The position numbers and the translations under genes were made by a program. A stretch of DNA of 64,000 nt from the human T2T-CHM13v2.0 reference genome, Homo sapiens. Within the stretch, counting starts at the first letter, position 1. Each line of letters starts with the position of its first letter. The stretch is from assembly GCF_009914755.1 (NCBI RefSeq), contig NC_060930.1; one strand, written 5' to 3'. The notes under the pieces were generated by a model. The model did no database searches and was not told the DNA's origin. It was given only the letters and a program-made list of their open reading frames with translations. Positions 43,001 to 60,401 of the stretch are shown here, piece by piece.

Positions 43001-45523
43001 TCTATATTTAATGAGTTCTAGCCTATAGGAAGTTATTTTTTTGCATGGAGTTGAAACTTAGCTTCTATCCAAATGTTGAGCTTCCCACACCTTTAGAACA
43101 TTCAAACTAAGTTATACTGTCATTGTAATTAAAAACAGTGATATCTATATCTGTCCTGCTATCACAACTGAATCAACATTAAATTCATCAACATCTCTTT
43201 TAAAAATATTCAATTTAAAGTACTTTAAACACTAAAAATTTATAAATCCTAGTTATTTATAAAAGTCATTACTGACACCTAAATATGTAACTATTTTAAA
43301 TTTCCTCCAAATTTCCAAAGCTGTCTATTCTAAGAAAACTCGATACATATAAAAATACAAAATGGAAAGGAGCTAAATGAGGAGGTACTTTTAAATTTAT
43401 GAAATGATATTTTATTTTTAAAGAATTTCACATTTAAATAGCATGTGACTTTAAAAAACCTATCTACTTGCTTATTTTATCAGAAAGTTAATTGATTAGA
43501 TTAGATTGGATTTAGATAGATTGCTAAAATGTCAGGATTATCTCTATAAACTAAATCAAGTACTTGTGTTTTATTAATACAGTAACTGCAAGTTCTTAAA
43601 TGAATCACAGGAATCTTTGCAAGAATGAGTTATTTAGATTTTGCCATGTGTCAGTGGAAAAATACACTTTCAGTTAAATTACAAATGTGGCAACTGAAAG
43701 GGCTTCATGTTTAGATATAAGGAAATAAGTGAACAATTGGAAAGCGTAGTTGTTAACAAGTTTTTGCTGCAAGGAACTTGAAGATCCACTTTTAAAAACC
43801 TGGTTCAACTGACATTGATGACCTCCACAAGTTACAAAAGAACCACGGTGATAAAAAGTTCTGGAAGAATGTGCTGCTTCTGAAAAATGTCTTAAAACTG
43901 ACAGCCTCTTGTATAGATTTTTATGAAATAGTAAACAACCTCAAGTGAAAATAATGTTAAATGGCAGGCATATTATCCCTCTAGGGGAAAATATAATGAA
44001 AATAAAATGTTTTAGAAGTGTATAAACATTAAGCAAGATGGCAAGATGAACAATGATTCTTTATTTTTGATTAGTGTGGACAGGCAATTCAATCATTTGA
44101 CTCAGGGAGAAAAAAGAATACAGCTTCAAAGTTTTTGTGGCAGATTATTGCTCGAATAATCTGTAGAGTGCTGCTTCAGTTTTGATTATGAAGCTATTGG
44201 CCATTGGCCAAGAGGAGTTTCTTTGTAACGGAAAGAGGAGTTTTCTGTAATAAGTAGGGTTTAGAGACTCTTCCCATAATTTTGGCTTGGAGTTGTGATG
44301 AAATCAGTCTGGGGCAACCTTCCTGTCTTATTCTACTGATAACTTTTCACCTTATATAAGAGGTCAGGGTCCTAGATAAGTCCTTCTCTGGGACCTTTTA
44401 CTTTCCTTTTTCGTATTGCATTTAATCATTTAAGCATGAAATTATTTCACCACATTTAGGAGGGTCTTAAGGTACAGATATAAAGTTTCATTTCTTAAAC
44501 TAATTCAGCTTGTGTACTATTTATGGCTGTTTGTATTGGCTTCAGTTTTCTCACTCCTTCGTTTATCTCCTATACTTCCACCAAAGCTATCTCTAAAAGA
44601 GATTTTATGTTGGCCTTTTTCATCAAAATATTCAATCTCCAATGAATTTAGCATTCCCCAACAGGATGTGCCAGTCCCTTGAAAATATTGACCCAACTCA
44701 TGTTTACAACATAAATTTAGCCTCTCAGCTTTACAATGGGTTGTTATAAGGGAAAGAAAGAGGGAAGGGAGTCAGAGAGGAAAGTGTGGTAATAGAAGAA
44801 GAGGTCAGAGTTTTACAGCTTCTGGTTTTGAAAAGGGAAAAGGGCCACAAGCCAAGGAATGCAGACAGCCAGTGGAATTTGGAAATGATGAGGGGGAGAT
44901 TGCCTTCTAATGTTCTCAAAAGGAAGACAGTCTGTTGATATCTTTGTCTCAACCCAGTGAAATGCATTTTGGATTTCTGACCTCCAGAACTGTAAGATAA
45001 TCAATCTGTGTTGTTTTAAGACATCAAGATTGCAGTAATTTGTTATAGCAGTAGTAGGAAACTAATATAGATTTGGCTGCCTGGAAGTGGGTTGCTGATG
45101 CAACACATACATAGAAATGTGAAATGATCTGGGTACTTGGTCAATGAGCAGAGGCTAGAAGAATTTTAAGGAACATGATAGAAATGGCTTAGATTGTCTT
45201 GAGCAGACCGTTAGTGAAAACATGGCTGTTAATGACCCTGTTAAGGAGTACTCTGGAGGGTGTGAGGAGCCTGGTGGAGAATACCCAAGTCATCATGAGC
45301 AGATAGTAGGTAGAAACAAGGATGTTATAGGCAATGCTGGAGAGGGTACAAATGGAAATGTGGACCATGCTACTGGAAAGTAGAGGAGAGAGGATCCTTA
45401 TTTTACAGTGGCAGAGAGCTTAGCTAAACTGTGGAAAGCAAAACTAAGAACTTGGATATTTAGCTAAGGTGACTTCCAAGCAAAGTGTTCAAAATGCAAC
45501 TTAGTTTCTTTTGGTTACTTATG

Positions 45524-47028
45524 CAGTCATGAACCATAGAACAATGGCTTTTGATTTTTGTTTTTTTGGTTTTGTTTTGGTTTTGAGATGAAGTTTTGCT
45601 CTTGTTGCCCAGACTGGAGCGCAAAGGTGCGATCTCGGCTCACTGCAACCTCCGCCTCCTGGGTTCAAGCGATTCTCCTGCCTCAGCCTCCTGAGTAGCT
45701 GGGATTACAGGTGTCAGCCACCATGCCCGGCTAATTTTTGTATTTTTAGTAGAGATGGGGTTTTGCCATATCGGCCAGGGTGGTCTCCAACTCCTGACCT
45801 CAAGTGATCTGCCTGCCTCGGCCACCCAAAGTGCTGGGATTACAGGTGTGAGCCATCGCGCGGGGCCAGAACATTTTAGTCAATAATGGACTATGTATAC
45901 TACAGTGGTCCTGTAAGATTATAATAGAGGTGAAGAATTCCCATCACCTAGTGATGTCATAGTGGCCATAATGTCTTAGTACAATGCACTGCTCACATAT
46001 TTGTGGTGATCCCAGTATAAACAAACCTACTGCACTGTCAATTGTATAAAAGTGTAACACTTATAATTGTGTACAGTGCCTAATACTTGATATTGATAAT
46101 AAATGACTGTTTCTTGTTTATATATTTACTATGCTATATGAATGGTTATTTTGGAGTATCCTCCTTCTACATACTAAAAAAAAAGGTTAAGTGTAAAATC
46201 GCCTCAGGCAGGTCCTTCAGGAGTTATTCCAGAAGAAGGCTTTGTTATCATAGGAAATGACAGCTCCATGTGTGTTAATGCCTCTGAAGACCTTCCAGAG
46301 GGACAAAATTGGAGGTGTAAGATGGTGATATGGAAGATCTTGGTGCTGTGTAAACCTAGGCTCATGGGTTTGTTCGTTTTCATTTTTAACAAAAAAGATT
46401 AAAAAGTTTAAAAAGTGACGTAATTAGAAAAACGTCTATGGAATAAAGATATAAAAAATTTTTATATAGCTATACAATGTATTTGTGTTTCAAGCTAAGT
46501 GTTATTATGAAAGAGTCAGACAATTTTTAAAATTAAAAAGTAAATAAAGTCAAAAGTTACAGTAAACTAAGGTTAATTTATTATGGAAGAAAAAAGTACG
46601 TTTATGTAGCCTAAATGCCCAGTGTTTATAAAGTCTATGGTAGAGTAATGTACTAGGCCTTCACATTCACTCACCACTCACTCATTGTCTCACCCAGAGC
46701 AACCTCTAATCCCACAAGCTCCATTCATAGTAAGTGTCCTGTACAGGGGTACCATTTCTTAGCTTTTATACATTATTTGTACTTATATTTTCTATGTTTA
46801 GATGTCCTAGCGTTGTGTTACAATTGCCTACAGTATTCAATATAGTCACAGGCTGCACAGATTTATATGCTGGTAACAATAGGCCATGTATATACAGTGT
46901 AGGAATGTAGTAAACTGTACCATCTAGGTGAGTGTAAATAATGCATTCTATGATGTTCACACAATGACAAAATCACATAAGGATGTGTTTTTCAGGATGC
47001 ATCCCCACTGCCAAGTGAAAAATGATTG
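45524..47028 (+). mobile_element. Tigger3b-like (TcMar-Tigger) DNA transposon
   Basis: CAGTCATG...ATGATTG termini followed by TA; internal gcctcaggcaggtccttcagg...ccagaagaaggc. Confidence 0.88.
45549..45867 (-). mobile_element. Alu (AluSq/Sp-like) inserted in the Tigger left end
   Basis: Antisense dimer with gctcttgttgccc diagnostic, and AGAACA on both flanks. Confidence 0.95.
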
Positions 47029-48624
47029 TACCTGTAGCGAAGTGTGAAAGGAAGGAAATGAAAGAGATGTTAGGCAAAAATAATGGATTTGGGAAATGCT
47101 CAGCCTGTCCAGATTACAAATATGCTAAAATTAGGAGAATAACTGTCAGGAAAACATGATCTGTAGGGAAAGCCAAGGGTGTGGCTGGACAACCTTTTGT
47201 TACTGCATTAAAAAGATCAAAAGATAAGTGTATTCGGTCATACAAGGGGCTCTTTGAACAGATTAGTGCACTTTATGGGTCTCCTTAGCCATCTCCAGAG
47301 AAACCAAAAATAGAGATCAGATTATCTAGGAAAGATCCATGGACGCAACTCTTGTTTAATGGGAAACATTTTCTTGACGTACACAAGGTTCTTCAGAATT
47401 TCTTAACAACGTAAAAAACTGACAGCTCTGACTGAAAGGGACAGAGACTATGAAATGAAGCATAACTGTCAGACTCACAAAATTATACAGGCAGGAAATA
47501 GACTGATAAACTATTCAGTTGCAAACATGTGCTACCATTCATAAAAAAGGAAGCATGACTCAGAGAGCCAAGTCTCATGACCAGAGGGCAGAGCCTGTAA
47601 CCATAGGGAATTATTCCCAGGCTTTGAAACCCAATATTGTCTGGCCATTTGGGTTTTGAAATTGCTTGCGATTGGTGACTCATTTTTTCTTTCAATTTTC
47701 TCTCTTTTTGAATGGGAATGTCTATATACTGGTACTCCATGCCTGTCCGACTATTGTATTTTGAGGAGCAGATAATTTGTTTTCTAATTTCACAGGCATA
47801 GATGGAGAGGAGTTTGGCCCCAGGATACATCATGTTTCACTCATACCTGCTTTACATGATTGAGGTGATGAGACCTGGGAATATTGAGTTGAAGAAATGT
47901 AAATGAGATTTTGGACTTTGAGTTGATGCTGTAATGGGTTGAGACTTTTGGGGATGTTGGGATACAGTGACTGTATTTTGAATGTGGGATTGATACAAAT
48001 CTTTATGCAACAGAGGGCAGACTGTGGTAGGCACAATAATGACCCCCCAAAAATGTCTACATCATAATTTCCCGGACCTGTGACTATGTTATATTATGAA
48101 ACAAGGGGGAACTAATATTGCAGATGGAGTTAAGGTTGCTAATCAAACGAATTTAAAATTGGCATTTGCCTTAAATTATTCCTTCTCTGATGTTAAAATT
48201 ATGTTAGTTGGTTTCTTTTTGTTTACATTTCCCTGGTATGCTTTTGCATATCATGTTATTTTCAGCTTTTCAATCTGATAAGTTTTATTTTAGGTGGGTC
48301 TGTTGTATGCAACATAGTTTTGGTTCTTTGAAATCCAATTTAATATATTATTTTTATTATAATGTGTGAGTTAAGCCAATATTGCTTTTTTTGATAAATA
48401 TATCTTTTTGACAGAAATATGTATATATTATTTTGAACAGATATATTATATATATATTTATTTTATACTTTGTAAAGCCTTCCTTGAGGTGTTTTATCTC
48501 TTTGCTTCTGTAGTGTGCATGTGTGTATGTAGATACACACATCTAGATCTTCTGATATTTAGGAAAATTTTTGTTATTATTCTAAGAAAGTCCCCCTTGT
48601 CTTCTCTTTCATTTGCTACCACAA

Positions 48625-50356
48625 ATACTTCTTAAACGTAACCATGAGGAAGTGAAAGACTTTTTCACAGGAAACTACAAAAGATTGCTAAAAAAATTAA
48701 ATAAGACACAAATAAATGGAAAGATATGCATGGATTGGAAAACTTAATATTCAATATTTGTGGATTAGAAGATTTAATATTACTAATATGATAAAACTAT
48801 CTAAACAAATCTGTAAGTTTCAATTCAATCTTTATTAAATTCCAACAACTGTTTTTGGAAAAATGGAAACATGGATCCTCAAATCCATATGTAATTGCAA
48901 GAGGTCCCAAATAACCAAAACAATATTGAAACAGAAAAAGAAATTTTAATTACTCACATTTTAATACTTCAAAACTTACTACAAAGCCATAGTAATCAAA
49001 ACAATGTGGTACCAGCATAAGGACAGATATTAACATATAGTCAGGTGCAATAGAATTGAGAATCCAGAAATAAACCCAAATTATTTTCAGTGAAGAAGCC
49101 AAGATCATTCCATGGGAAAAATAGTCTCAACAAATATTTCTGAGAGGACTGGATATCTGTATACAAAATGATAATGCTGGACCCTTCCCTCACACTATAT
49201 ACAAAAATTAATTCAGTATAACAATGACCTAAATATAAGAGGTGAAACCATAAAATTTTAAAAGTAACCATAGGAGTAAATCTTTATGACTTTGGAATTT
49301 AATTCTTAGCTATGACATCAAATGCATTACCAATGAAAGAAAAAATAGATTAATTGGACTTCAAAATTTAAAACTTTTATACATGAAAAGACATTATCAA
49401 GAAAGTGAAAAGACAACATACAGAGTGGAAGAAATATTTGCAAATTATATATCTGTTGAGGGCCTAGTATCAAGAATATATACATCTTACAACTTAACAA
49501 AATGCAATTAAAAATAGATGAAGGCCACAAATAGACATTTCTCAAAGAAAACATACAAGTGACCAACAAGCACAGGAAAGTAGTCACATCATTAGCCATT
49601 ACAAAAATGGTAATCAAAATCACAATGAGATACTATTTCATATCCAGTAAGATGGCTAGAATTCAAAAAATGTAGATAACAATAATTAATGAATTTGTAC
49701 AAAAATGAAACCCTTGTACATTGCTGGTGGGAATGTAGAATAGTGCAGCTGCCAAGGAAAACAGTTTGGTAGTTCCAAAAAAGCTAAACATAGAATTACC
49801 ATATGACCCAGCATTTTCATTCCTGGATACATAACCAAAAGATTTGAAAACAGATAGTCAAAAAAATGCATGTATACATATGTTTACAGAAGCACTATTC
49901 ATGATAGCCAAAAGATGGAAACAACCCAAAAGCTCATCAGCAGACCAATGGATAAACAAATCGTAGTATACTGATACGATGTAATACTATACATCCGTAC
50001 AAAGGAATGAAGCACTGATATACACCACAAAATGGATAAATCTCTAAAACATCATGCTAAATAAAAGAAGCTGGATGCAAAAGTTCATGTATTGTGTGAT
50101 TACATTTGCATATGAAATATCCAGAATAGGTAAATCTATAGAGATAAAAAAGTGACTTGATTGCCAGGGACTGGGGACAGGGAGAAATAGGAAGTAACTG
50201 CTTACTGGGTATGGGGTTGTATTTTGGGGTAATGAAAATATTTTAGAAATAGATAGAAGTGATGATTGAAAAACATTTTGTATGTTCTGAATGATACTGA
50301 ATTTTTCACTTTAAAATGGTTGATGTTATGTAAATTTCACCTTAAGTTTTAAAAAT
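48625..50356 (+). mobile_element. L1MB-like 3' portion (ORF2 end plus 3'UTR)
   Basis: acttcaaaacttactacaaagc...gaaacccttgtacattgctggtgggaatgta...ttttggggtaatgaaaatatttt...aatttcacctt. Confidence 0.88.
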
Positions 50357-50569
50357 AATTGAATAATTTTTAAAAAAACAATGGAGAGGAGATGCTTGAT
50401 GCAGGTGAATTGTAAACATCAGCCTGAGCTGATGTCTCTACAGGACTGACTTTTGCTAGTCCTCTAATAAAGCCAACCAGGTATAAATGCAAAAAACAAA
50501 AAAATTATTGGATTACTTGATTAATTAAATATGATTGTAATATAGTCTCTTTTTATACCTTCCTTAATT

Positions 50570-52594
<2,025 letters not shown>

Positions 52595-52789
52595 TATCCA
52601 TTTCTTTTAACTATTCCATATCACTATGTTTTTGGAATTTCTCAAAGCGTAATGCTAGGTTTTGTATCTAGTTTTAGAATAATTGTCTTTTAAAAGTAAA
52701 GTTTAACTCATTTGTGAATCTGATGTCAGTTTAGTGCTCTAGTCTGTGTATGTATATGTATATTATTGAGAGATTATCTTAGTGGGCAT

Positions 52790-53341
52790 ATTTTCTTTTT
52801 TAAAAAACTTTAGGTTCGAGGGTCATGGGCAGGTTTGTTACATAGGTAAAATCATGTCAAGGGAGTTTGTTGTACAGATTATTTCCTCACTGAGGTACTA
52901 AGCCTAGTACCCAATTGTTATTTTTTTCTGCTCCTCTCCCATCCTTCACCCTCAAGGGGGCCCCAGAGTCTGTTGTTCCCTTCTTTGTGTTCATGTGTTA
53001 TAATTTAGCTCTCACTTATAAGTGAGAACATCCGGTATTTGGTTTTCTGTTCCTGCATTAGTTTGCTAAGGATAATGGCCTCCAGCTCCATCCATTTTCC
53101 CGTAAAAGACATGACTTCATTCTGTTTTATGGCTGCATAGTATTCCGTGGTGTATACACATTTTCTTTATCCAATCTGTTATAGATGGGCACTTAGATTG
53201 ATTCTGTGTCTTTGCTATTGTGAATAGTGCTGCAGTGAACATTTACTTGCATGTGTCTTTATGGTAGAATGATTTATATTCCTCTAGATATATACCCAGT
53301 AATGGGATTGCTGGGTTGAATTGTAGTTCTGTTTTTAGCTC
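52790..53341 (-). mobile_element. L1PA (PA14/15-like) 3' end
   Basis: caggtttgttacataggtaaa...ttgtacagattatttc...cccagtaatgggattgctggg. Confidence 0.88.
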
Positions 53342-53342
53342 C

Positions 53343-53655
53343 TTTTACTTTTAATTGACAAATACTAATCCTTTATATTTATGGAGTACAATGTGATGTT
53401 GTGATACATGCATACATTCTGGAATGATTAAATCAGACTACTTGACATATCCGTCACTACACATACTTATCACTACTTGGTGGTGAGAACATTTAAAATC
53501 TATTCTTTTAGCAATTTAAAAATACACAATACGTTATTATTAACTATAGTCACCACACTATGATACACTGCTAGAACTTATTCTCCCTGTTGAACTGAAT
53601 TTTGTACCCTTTAACTAACATATCCCCTTTCCCCATCTACCCTGCCTCCCAGAAT
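53343..53655 (-). mobile_element. L1MA 3' end fragment
   Basis: gtacaatgtgatgtt...gtggtgagaacatttaaaatcta...ttattaactatagtcacca. Confidence 0.8.
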
Positions 53656-54203
53656 GGTAATTCAGAATTCCATTGATTTTAAAAGTGTCTTTAAATTTTG
53701 ACTTCCGATGGCATTTCATTTGGATCCTAGGGATTTTCAATAATGTTAGATGAGTTTTTATAACAATATCTAGACTTATGGTTCTTATATAGGCTGTGTA
53801 AATTCAGACATCACTCTTGTGCATGGTGACTTTCCTTTATTACTTTTTCTACCATAGTCCTTGGACTGACTTCAAGCCTCCTCAGGCAACACTTCCAGTT
53901 CCATTCTATTGGATTTTGTAAGACTTCAAATATCCCAGTTTTCTGTTTGGGTCTCAGCTTCAGCTGTCTGACTTCTACGATTCATGAAGCCATCTTTCAC
54001 ATCACCAGATGGGTGTTAGAATCGATTTCCAGTCTCCAGGGCCTTACAGGCTATTGTTGATAAGCATTCCCTGATGCATATCATTTGGCTTTGATTTCTG
54101 TCACCATTGCTAGCACCTGGGAATTACTTTTTGTTTCTTGATTATATTTCATTTTTTGTATATACTTCTGTATTCAGGAGAATATCTGCATTAACTTAGT
54201 TGA

Positions 54204-54522
<319 letters not shown>

Positions 54523-57500
54523 AAAAAGTCCAAACAATTTTTTTTTAAATATTCTACTTTTAATGCAAAACGTCAGGGGATACTTTGGATACTTAGGATG
54601 AATTAGCAATTCATAGAACTATTGACCCCAAACTGATGAGGACATTTTTGTTTTTCTTCAAATGGCAGGATCTAGAAATTAGAGATTAGAATCACTTGCA
54701 CTGGGTCTGTTAGGGGGGATTTGTTAATGAGTTACTAAACCATTGGATTCACGTTTGAAAAGTCACAAATTGCTGTGCTTTGACCTTTTGTTCAAATAAG
54801 AAAAATAAATCAGTTTTTAAAAAGAACTAAAAGAGATTCTGACAACCTGGTTGGCATCTCAGAATACAAGGGAGCAGCCCTGGAAAATTAACCCTCTATA
54901 TGTGCACTGCTGACTATTCTGCTACCATGGTCTTTAGATGCTCATTTCTTAGTCTCTCTTTCCCTTTCACTCTGTGTTCTTTTCTTCCTTTCTTCTGCAA
55001 ATTACTGAAAACATACAGTTACCTTCTCTGTGGTGCTGAAGAATTATTCTTGTTGCCTGAGGCCCCTGAGCTGGGAGTTTCATTTTAGTCATTGCAATGA
55101 CACTGCAACCCAAGAAACTGCCCAGCCAGGCATGATTGCCAAGAATAGCTCAATATCCTCACAATTTAGTCATAACTCATTCATTCTCTACATTCATTTT
55201 ATAAACCCCTAACTTCTTATTATTCATGATACCTACCCTCCCTGACTCCATATATACTTTTGTGCCCTTTTCACATATGACTTTAAATTGGCTGAGGGTC
55301 AGACTATCTATGGTCCTTATTAAGGAACACTTTTTTTCTCTCTTTTTTACAGAAATTGTGCATAGCTCTTGCTTCCAGTCACCTGTCTGAAGCAGAGCCC
55401 TACTCAACTCCAGGGCTGCTTTAGAATGAGAGATCACTAAAAAATAGGTGGTAATAGAAATTTTAGTAACGAGGCTGAGCCTATTGGATGAGTTCACTAT
55501 GGGACCTAGTGAAGCCAAAGTCTAAAACTTCACATTCCACTCAAACCTTGCAGAATTTCAACTTCAAAACTGGGTCCATTCTAACAGAATCCTAGTGAAG
55601 TCCTGTAGCCAACAGTTTGCAATAACACAAGATGATTTTGAGGCCATATGGAAAACTCTCAGAACAAAATGTTAAGACTTTTCTGGAGGGGACTTTGCAT
55701 ATCTTTGTGAGGTGTTTGAACAGTGAGGTGTTTCTGAGCTCCTAATGACATAGAAATAGGGTCTACTGAGTAAGGTGTGAGGAAGAGAGCTGTGGCTTGC
55801 TCTAAGCCCTGATGGGCTCATTTATTTCTCTAGTTTTGCTCTCAGAAGTGACTCATTAATCTAGGTTATCAAAATGGGACCGTCTTCTCGTAGAAAATGT
55901 CATCTTCACTTCCTAGCAAAGACTTTACAAAAGCTATGAAAACACATCAAAAATTTAGGTATCAAATATACAGTAGATAGCTGAAAAACAAAAGTGTCTA
56001 CTCAAATATCCTTTCTTCTGATTAACGTAAACCTGCTTAGTCTAGAGTTTCATGGCAATGGGTAATGTTCAGTCATAGCTGCTTGTTCCTGTCTTAGGAT
56101 TTTTGCACAAGCTGCCCAAAGACTTCCTTCCCTCTGATCTTCACCTGGCTTGTGCCTTCATGTAGCTCAGATCTTAGTGTTAAGTGTTTTCTCTTCAAAG
56201 TTGCTTCTCAAAGCACTTGATACTTTTCCTGGCCACCCAATCAAAAATATATTCCTCTTCATTCCTATTACGTGACTCTTTAAAAATTCCTCTATCTAAC
56301 CTACATCACCGTGTGATAATTTATTATAATTGTAACTTTAATATCACTTTCTCCTTCCATCCACATATGGATTTACATGCCTGGTAATTTTTTATTGGAT
56401 GCTAAACAGTGAGAATTTTACCTTGTTGAGTACCAAGTATTTTGCATTAAAAAAAATGTTCTGGAACTAGTTCTGGGAGGAAGTTAAATATTTGGATCCT
56501 CTTATATTTTGCTTTTATGGTTTGTTAGGCAGGCCCAGAGTGGTATTTAGTCAAAAGCCAATTTTTCTTCACTATTGAGGCAAGACCCTTCTTAATACAT
56601 TATCCAATTCTCCTTGGAATATAAAGTTTTTCACTCTAGCTGTTAGAAACAGTTACTATTCCCAACAATACATGGCCTCCAGGTGCTACTCCTTCAAATC
56701 ATATTGGTTGATTATTCCTCAGCCTCAGGTAATTTCATTAAATAAATGGCTAATATTCATCTGAATACTTGTGGGAGATGTACTGCAGACCATTCTCTTT
56801 TGCCGTAGCATCTCTTCTGCAGCATTTGCCCTGTAAACCCTGGCCTCCCTAGCTTTGCTAGACTTCCAGCTCCTTTTTCTCAACTCTGCAAATCCACTGG
56901 GCTGTACCTGAGTTCCCCACAACCTCAACCTTGTGCCATGATTTGAAAACATCCAAGCAGTACGCCAAAAAAAAGTAGTGTTCACCTCATTTCTTGCTCA
57001 AGAAATTAATAAATTTATTCATTTGATAAATGTCAAATGAATATGACACGTGCTATATTTCTTCAACCGTTGTGAATATGGTTAACATTGTAAATAAAAG
57101 AATGTCATATTTGTTTACATATGTTTTAAAAATATCGTTTGATTATGGTTTTCGTCTTTTCCCTATTATATTGTAATCTCTGGAATATTTTAAAGAATTA
57201 TAATTTTATTATCAGGTACACACAATTACTTGAACTCATAACACAAATAAAATTGCTTTAGCACCTAGACTGTAATTATTTTAATTGAATGAAAATAGGT
57301 TTTTCTAAAATGTTTTTGCACATTTAAAAAATACTATTGTATTTCTGTTTTTTACTGTCAGTTTGCTAATTAAATTAGTTTAACTGATATAATGCAAAAG
57401 TAACATTCATACAGCCCCTGTCAAATTGTAATTGGTGGAAGCAGAAATGGTATTTTCCTGTTATTAATATTAGAATGTATAAGATAGAAGAAATCTTCTA

Positions 57501-59396
57501 ACTATTCAGGTTTGAAATGTGAAATTTTATAGGTTGATTGGAAAATAGCCTCATGAAGAATTGCTGTATAAAAATATTGAGGGGGAATAGGAAATAAGAA
57601 TTCTCGTATGTTAGTGAGAAATACTTAAGACATACAGCTTTCTGTTAAACAGTTCACAATATATAGTTTTATTTCCAGACCCCAGCTAGAAAACGGAACT
57701 CATAACTGAGAAGCAGATGGAGCAGCAGAAGCTGCTAGAGGCAGTGAATGTGCTTCACAGAGAGTCCAGTGCTGTCTGAGGCTGGGTCACTACCCAGCAC
57801 AGCAGGATTCACTCCAGACACTTGGCGAGTGACCAGGTACCTGCAGGTCATCTCAGGTCAAGCACAGTCTAGTTTACACCCTGCCACCACCATCTAAGAA
57901 AGATCCTCTACCAGGAATCAGATATGTTGCTGGTTTGCTCTTTTAAAGTGTACTTCAGAGAAAATTCATCAAAACAACATCCTCACACAGAATCCTAATG
58001 CAACGAAACAGCAAAAATCCTTTAAAATTTTCTGAAAATGCATTTGACAGGTGATACAAAGATGAAACACTTTGAAAGTATAAAAACAGAGGATTGCTTT
58101 AGAGATGTTTTCTAGTGACTTTTTTTCATGATAGCATTCTCTAACACCTTACCTGTGATAGATTTAAGATCTCATACAAACCTTTAGCAATTAACTCTTT
58201 AAAACATATCCACCAAGAAATCCTACTTGAATGTTTTCCTTATATCCTGGTTCTCCTTGATTTTATGACCTCTTAGATTTAACAACAACTCTAACTTCTG
58301 AAAGAGCAGGCACCTATAGTGAGGGTGAAGGTCTTTAACTAGTGGTTAAGGAGACTTAGAATTCCAGACCACTAAACCATGTGACTTAAAATTTCTACAT
58401 ATTCACAGATAAAGTTTTCGTCCTATAAAGTGCCCTTCAATGCTGGTGGGCTCAAGGGCAGGAAGTCACACTTTTCTCTCCTTCTAGAATTGACACAAAG
58501 CATTTGCCTTTACAAACTAAGCTGTCATGTGCTTTTAAATTGCACATGAACATCACAGCAAGTTCATTTCGTACACATTTTTATGATGGTGACTTTCTTG
58601 TACAGACTGTAAACAAAACAAATTTCACATCTTATTAAACCTTAGGGAGAAACACACTTCAACCCTAACCTTTATGTCAAAAGCAGTTATTTTTTTCAAG
58701 TTATGTCATTTCAATTTTTAAATATTTACCCTTAGACAGAATTTCTTCAAAGCCTAACTGGTCTTATTTTTATCCTCCTTTGTGTCATGAACTATAGCTC
58801 AAATCTTCAAATTGCTCTAGATGTAGTTAAGATGTAAATATAAATACATTTAAATGTAAATAAACCGGTTTGAGCCTTTCTGAGCAGACTGGACATATGA
58901 AAAAAATGAATGAGTCAGTCTTTTTAAAATCAATTTGACTGGCCATCATATTCAGCGATGGTAAGCAGAGGACTCACTAGAACAATAGGCAGGTCATTTA
59001 CCATGAGGGAGGAGAGCAGAATGACCTGATTGAGTAATAGGCTTACAACACTTTGAGGACTTCCCATGGTCTTCAGACTAACAGTGTCTAGGCTGGGATT
59101 TATGCACCCACCCCCATCGCATGCCATACTTCTTTCTATTCTCTAGCTATACTAACTCTTTCTAAGTTCCTTGAATGTGCCAAACTTTTTCTTGTATGTT
59201 AATCTGCCAGGAACCTTCTATACCAAACCCTCCCCTTCTCCTCACCTGACTAAGCCTGACTCCTCTTTTGGGTCTCAGCTCAGCCATCACCTTCTTAAAG
59301 AAGCCATCTCTAATTACCTCTGTCCCCCACTACCTCACACACACAGGCGTGCGTGCACACACACAAGCAGGCACACGTGTCATATCTGCACACTAG

Positions 59397-59733
<337 letters not shown>

Positions 59734-59897
59734 ACTTCTTTTTCTTTAGCCTCATAGAGTTTGTAATTCTTTTTTAGTGTCTGTTTTCCCCACAAGGCTG
59801 TAGCACCGTGGGGGCAGAGGATAGTGAGTCTTATTCTCATTTGAATTCATAGCAGAACATCTGGCACACAGTGACTGCTAGGAACACACAGAAGTAG

Positions 59898-60000
59898 CAA
59901 AGAAAAGAAGAAAGAAAAAAGAAAGAAGGAAGAAGGAAAGAAGGAAGGAACGAAGGGAGGAAGGGAGGGAGGGAGGAAGGAAGGAAGGAAGGAAGGAAGG
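59898..60000. repeat. Purine-rich (GAAA/GGAA/GGGA)n simple repeat
   Basis: Seen directly; lies at the end of an L2 remnant. Confidence 0.92.
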
Positions 60001-60401
60001 ATCTATACAAAAAGAGTCTCTACCCTAGTGGATTTGGAAGCATATAAAAAATACATTCTCTGATGTGGCTGGCTAGACTCTACTGTACCTCAAAGTCCCT
60101 TTAGTTCTGGGTCAGGTTAAGTCAGCTATACCTTCAGCAACCCCTGATCTGTTGAAAATGCAGCTCATGTGTGGTTCAATGGGAAGATTCTAGAGAAGAA
60201 CTGCACTGCTTAGCTCAGCTAAGAGTACATTTATCTCAATTGATCTCAGGTAACCAAGGGTGAGATATGGTCACTAATGTTTGCCCAGTCCCTTCTCTGT
60301 GAGAAGCAAGCAATAAAATGCTTTCTTTGGCAGAGACTGCATCTTTATATTCCACAAACTTCAGGGCACCACTCTGTGCAGAGAAGAATAAATCCATCCC
60401 C

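Larger units (their letters stand above)
44732..48159 (+). mobile_element. MLT1D-like MaLR element: partial 5' LTR (44732-45069), internal region, partial 3' LTR (48023-48159); hosts Tigger3b and an Alu
   Basis: ggccacaagccaaggaatgcag...ctgacctccagaactgtaagataa...gaaactaatata is an LTR 3' half. MLT-int text follows, then tgtggtaggcacaataatgacccccc begins the second LTR. Confidence 0.82.

Noticed and set aside
59898-60000. GGAA microsatellite as an EWS-FLI1 response element
   Set aside because: Only about six consecutive GGAA units; it is an ordinary decayed repeat tail.
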